A stretch of 64,000 bases of DNA from Mobula hypostoma (taxonomy: Eukaryota), in NCBI RefSeq assembly GCF_963921235.1, contig NC_086097.1, forward strand, positions 238,330,001 to 238,394,000. Reading direction: 5' to 3'. Made by a program: the position numbers and the translations under genes. The stretch's first letter is position 1. Every line of letters begins with the position of its first letter. The notes beneath the pieces were generated by a model. That model worked only from the letters and a program-made list of their open reading frames with translations. It was not told the origin of the DNA and did not search any database. Of this stretch, positions 60,163 to 64,000 are shown piece by piece.

Positions 60163-62909
60163 TATTATTTCTATCTGAAGAGAAAGGGAAGCATCCTTGC
60201 CACCACAACTGAGCCATGCATTTTGTTTTTTTGTTTGTGCAAGTTGGTTGTGAGGTTTCCTACATTTCTAATGTGACTACTTCAAAAGGACCAAATTGAC
60301 AGTAAAATATTGTGGGTGAGAAAGATTCAAGTGTATAATTCCTTTATGTTTATTTTAAGGAGGCACATAGATGGGGAAACTAAATTTCTCTCAGTCACGC
60401 ATCACCTTGATTGAGCTCATTATCTGGTTGCCTCATCACTACTGATACAGTCTTGGGAACTGCCTCCCTCACAGCACCTTTCTTAGCTTCACAAGAGATG
60501 GACATATAATGAAGACCTTGTAGAAGACACCCACATTGCAAGAATATAAATTTTAAAATTCAGTTGCAGTATGCTCTATCAACTTTGGTTTCCTTGGCAA
60601 CTTTGTAATAGATTTCATTTTGACTCATTTTATGACTAAAATACTTCCTTTGGAGATTGATAGGTTTCAAAAGCAATCAGCCATATAGATATAATGGGGT
60701 TTATTTGCTGCAAAACTAGACATTATACATGGAAATTTGCACTTTGTCAGTTTGAGAGATTCACTCAATATCATTTATAAAACACCATTGTGAAAAATAG
60801 CAATGTTTCAATTCTCTTCCAGCAATACACAAAATCTTTTGTTTTTTTTAAATTATTTTCCAATTTTTAAAAATATGTATTAGTACCAACAAAGAAAATT
60901 TCCCCCATTACGGAGGCTTATGAAGTGCTTGGAGATCACGTTCCGATTTCAATACTAATTTCAAAATATGAGCTCATTTTCTTGCATTAGTATGAGGCAA
61001 TCCACAACTTATGCAAATACAGCCCGTGCCAATAATTAGTTTAATATTGGCAACGACTCTAACCTAGCATTGAGAGATCTAACATCCATGATGCTCTTGT
61101 AATAACACAAATTAGTGTTAACCTTTTCTATTCACACTGTTCCCTGGTAAATTTCACATGCACTAAGTATTAACAACACTATTATAACATGTAGCTTGGC
61201 GAACTGAATTTGCAGAATAATTCATGTTTCCCCTCATTTCAAAACATTCCAGACATTGGACAGCTGCAAATCTTTTGGGAACTAGCCTCCCATGAAGTAA
61301 CTGCAGTACGAAGATAGCTGCAGCTATGTACTATACTGCAACTTTGCATGGTGCTATGTAATAGTTGGAAAAAAAGTTTCCAAAGTTGATGGCGATGGTT
61401 AATTGGATGATAGGGAGATCATCATGGAAATTCAATGCCTCCACTAAAGGTAGCTTGTCTTTCACAGAAAACCTATCAACCCCTGGTCTATAACTGTCCA
61501 TTGCTTATGAAGCCCACTATAATTACCACCTGTGATAAGACCCTTGGTTTCTCTATGAAAAAAATAAAAGTTTGATGAGAATAGCCAGGATATTATTTAT
61601 ATAGAGCAGAATGGGCTCTTTCAGCCACGCCTACAACCCTGGTTAACTCCAAATTAATTATGGAACATTGACCAATTAACCTACCCAGTGCATCTTTGAA
61701 CTGTGGGAGGAAGTTGGAGCACCAGGGACATACCAACACATTCCACAGGAAGAATATACAGAAGCCCCACAGAAGCCCCTTATACATGGCGCAGGAAATG
61801 AATTCCAGTACCCCGAGCTGTAATAGCACTGCATTAACCACCATACTAACCAGGTACCCATCAAGGAGCTAATTAGAAACACAAAGAAAATAAGTTTTAT
61901 TGTCACAGACATATTGCAGCAGCATAGTGTTAAGCATTAAAATTACTCTAAGTTACAAAAGTAGTCCAAAAGACAAAACAAGGTCATGTTCATGGACCAT
62001 TCAGAAAGAATTCTTGGGTTAGAAGCTCCACAGCTCTACAAGATTTAAACAAAGAACAGCCTCACAGGACTGGAAGGCAGAGGTCCACCAGGCTCGATCG
62101 ATTTAAGGGCCAAGCCGTATCAGAAAGGTCAGGAACTGGCCACTGTGAAGTGGCAGAGCCCGGGTATGAGAGTGAGGAACAACCCGATATTTGATTGATT
62201 TAAGTGTTGGGTCAGATTGAAGTGGTCGGGGTCGGAAGAGAGAGATGGGCCGGTTCTGTTCTCTGCTCGAGTCTGTGCCAGACTGACGCTGTGGCCTGCA
62301 ACTAGTGGACTTCTGAATCATCTGCAGAGATGCTTGGCTTTGTGAACTCCAGTTCTAAATGCTGTTTGCTTGCTTTTATTGTTTGCACAGTTTGTTTTTT
62401 TTCCCTCTTGGCACATTGGGTATTTGACTGTCTTTCTTTTTGTTTTTAAAAAGGGTTCTATTGGCATTTTCTCTTTCAATACTGCCTGTGAGGAGACAAA
62501 TCTCAAGACTGTATAAAGTATATATACACATTGGTAGATAAAATGTACTTTGAAAGACACAACCTAAAAAATGGATAGTGGATGGGGAAAAAAGGTACAG
62601 AAACTCACTGACAGCATGACATGGTCATGTTTTTCAGTGCTATTTATGCCCCAAACAACTAGTCCCACTCCAAAGACTCAAGGACGTGGGTGAACTTACA
62701 CACTGTAAAGGATACATACATCTCCTCAAACACAAGGTGTCCTTCAGGCAAAAATCTTTGACTCCATCTCACAACCACATATTGAGGCCAGCCTTGTCAC
62801 CATTCCTGACTGACAAGTGGTGAACAAGACAATATTGCAACTAAAATAGTCTAGGTCTCAGCAGCAGAAGGCATCAGTCCACAATTACATTGTCCACATA
62901 TGATATTAA

Positions 62910-64000
62910 GGCTTACGAGCAGAATTAGGTCACTTAGCCCATTGAGTCTGCTCTGCCATTCCATCACAGCTGATTTATTCTCCCTTAATGCCATTCTCAT
63001 CTTCTCCTCATAACCTTAGACACCCTGAATATTCAAAAACCTATCAAACTCCGCTTTAAATGTACACAATGATTTTGCCTCTGCAGCCATCTGTGGCAAC
63101 AAATTCCACAGGTTCATCACATTACAAACATTGCATCTGGAAATTCCACTCTCCCCGAGATAATGCAATGACATTAGATATTACAGCACAATTTTTATGA
63201 AACCAGTAACCCAATGAGATCAGAGTATCATCTTTATAGAACAAAATTGTGGAGAAACAAAAGAGAATCTGCAGATGCTGGAGACAGACAGACAGACAGA
63301 CACACACACACACACGATGCTGGAGGAACACAGCAGGCCAGGCAGCATCGATGGAGAAAGAAAGTACAGTTGATATTTTGGGCCCAGGTGCTTCAGCAGG
63401 ACTGGAGAAAAAAAATGAGCAGTTGATTTAAAAGGTGAGGATGGGAGAGATGAAGTAGATAGCTGGACAGTTGATTGGTGAAAGAGATACAGGGTTGGAG
63501 AAGTGGGCAGTCTGATAGGTGGGGATAGAAGGCCTTGGAGGAAAGAAAATGTATGGGGGGTTAGGGGAAGAGAAAGGAGCACCAGAAAGAGGCAATGGGC
63601 TGTCAAGGAGACAGGTTGAGAGAGGGAAAAGGGGATGGGGACTAGTGAAGGAGAGAGGATGGGGTTGGGCGTTACTGGAATTTTGTGAAGCTTTGTGGAC
63701 AAGGCAGTTTTGGCATGCTTAGGATCAAGTAAACTTATTTATTGCCAAAACATTAAGTTCCATTACCTCAAAACTATAGAACAGGAACAGGCCCTTCAGC
63801 CCATTTAGCCCATGTTGGAATAGTATGCTACCATGTCTCATCAACCTGCACCCAGACATTAGCCCTCCATACCCCTCTCATCCATGTACCGATCAAAGTT
63901 TCTTTTAAATATTGAAAATGAACCTGCATCCATCACGTCCACTGGCACCTTATTCCACACTCTCGCCACCCTCTGAGTGAACAAGCTCCCCCTCATGATC
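62910..64000 (-). mobile_element. CR1 3' end fragments (62910-63120; 63775-64000, running off the window)
   Basis: gagcagaattagg..ttccacaggttcatcac; ggaacaggcccttcagccca..tattccacactctcgccaccctctg. Confidence 0.65.
63260..63690 (-). mobile_element. Penelope pseudo-LTR fragment
   Basis: tctgcagatgctgga...gctggaggaacacagcaggccaggcagcatc...cagcaggactgga plus a purine-rich tract; the reverse complement of the pLTR. Similar short pieces lie at ~11430-11540, 22535-22640 and 45430-45690. Confidence 0.7.

Overview
Eukaryotic, repeat-dense intronic DNA. The repeat content (CR1-clade LINEs, V-SINEs, Rex1/Babar LINEs, Penelope-like elements) suggests a cartilaginous fish, probably a ray or skate; this is inference. 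The only host-gene sequence I can support is one 195-bp, phase-1/phase-1 coding exon on the minus strand (43863-44057) encoding the first Sushi/CCP domain of CSMD3. The rest reads as flanking giant introns filled with decayed transposons: many CR1 and Rex1/Babar fragments, a ~2.8-kb 5'-truncated Penelope-like element (RT + GIY-YIG), an internally deleted hAT element, three Tc1/mariner MITEs, SINEs and two remnants of RLE-type (HERO-like) retrotransposons. The most notable signals are RNA structures. (1) Two sequence-divergent minus-strand segments (9030-9148, 51548-51673) carry the hammerhead catalytic core in a scrambled, non-circularly permuted order with the same five covarying helices; the first lies in the 3' UTR of an RLE element. 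(2) Minimal type-I hammerheads occur in Penelope pseudo-LTRs, including short TSD-flanked fold-back insertions, one with a ribozyme motif on each strand. (3) One Penelope insertion appears to have copied neighbouring genomic DNA. (4) A four-TIR fold-back mariner MITE lies next to the CSMD3 exon. Most ORFs in the supplied track are TE fragments or antisense shadows. Repeat boundaries are approximate unless a TSD or TIR is cited. All family names come from motif recognition, not database searches.
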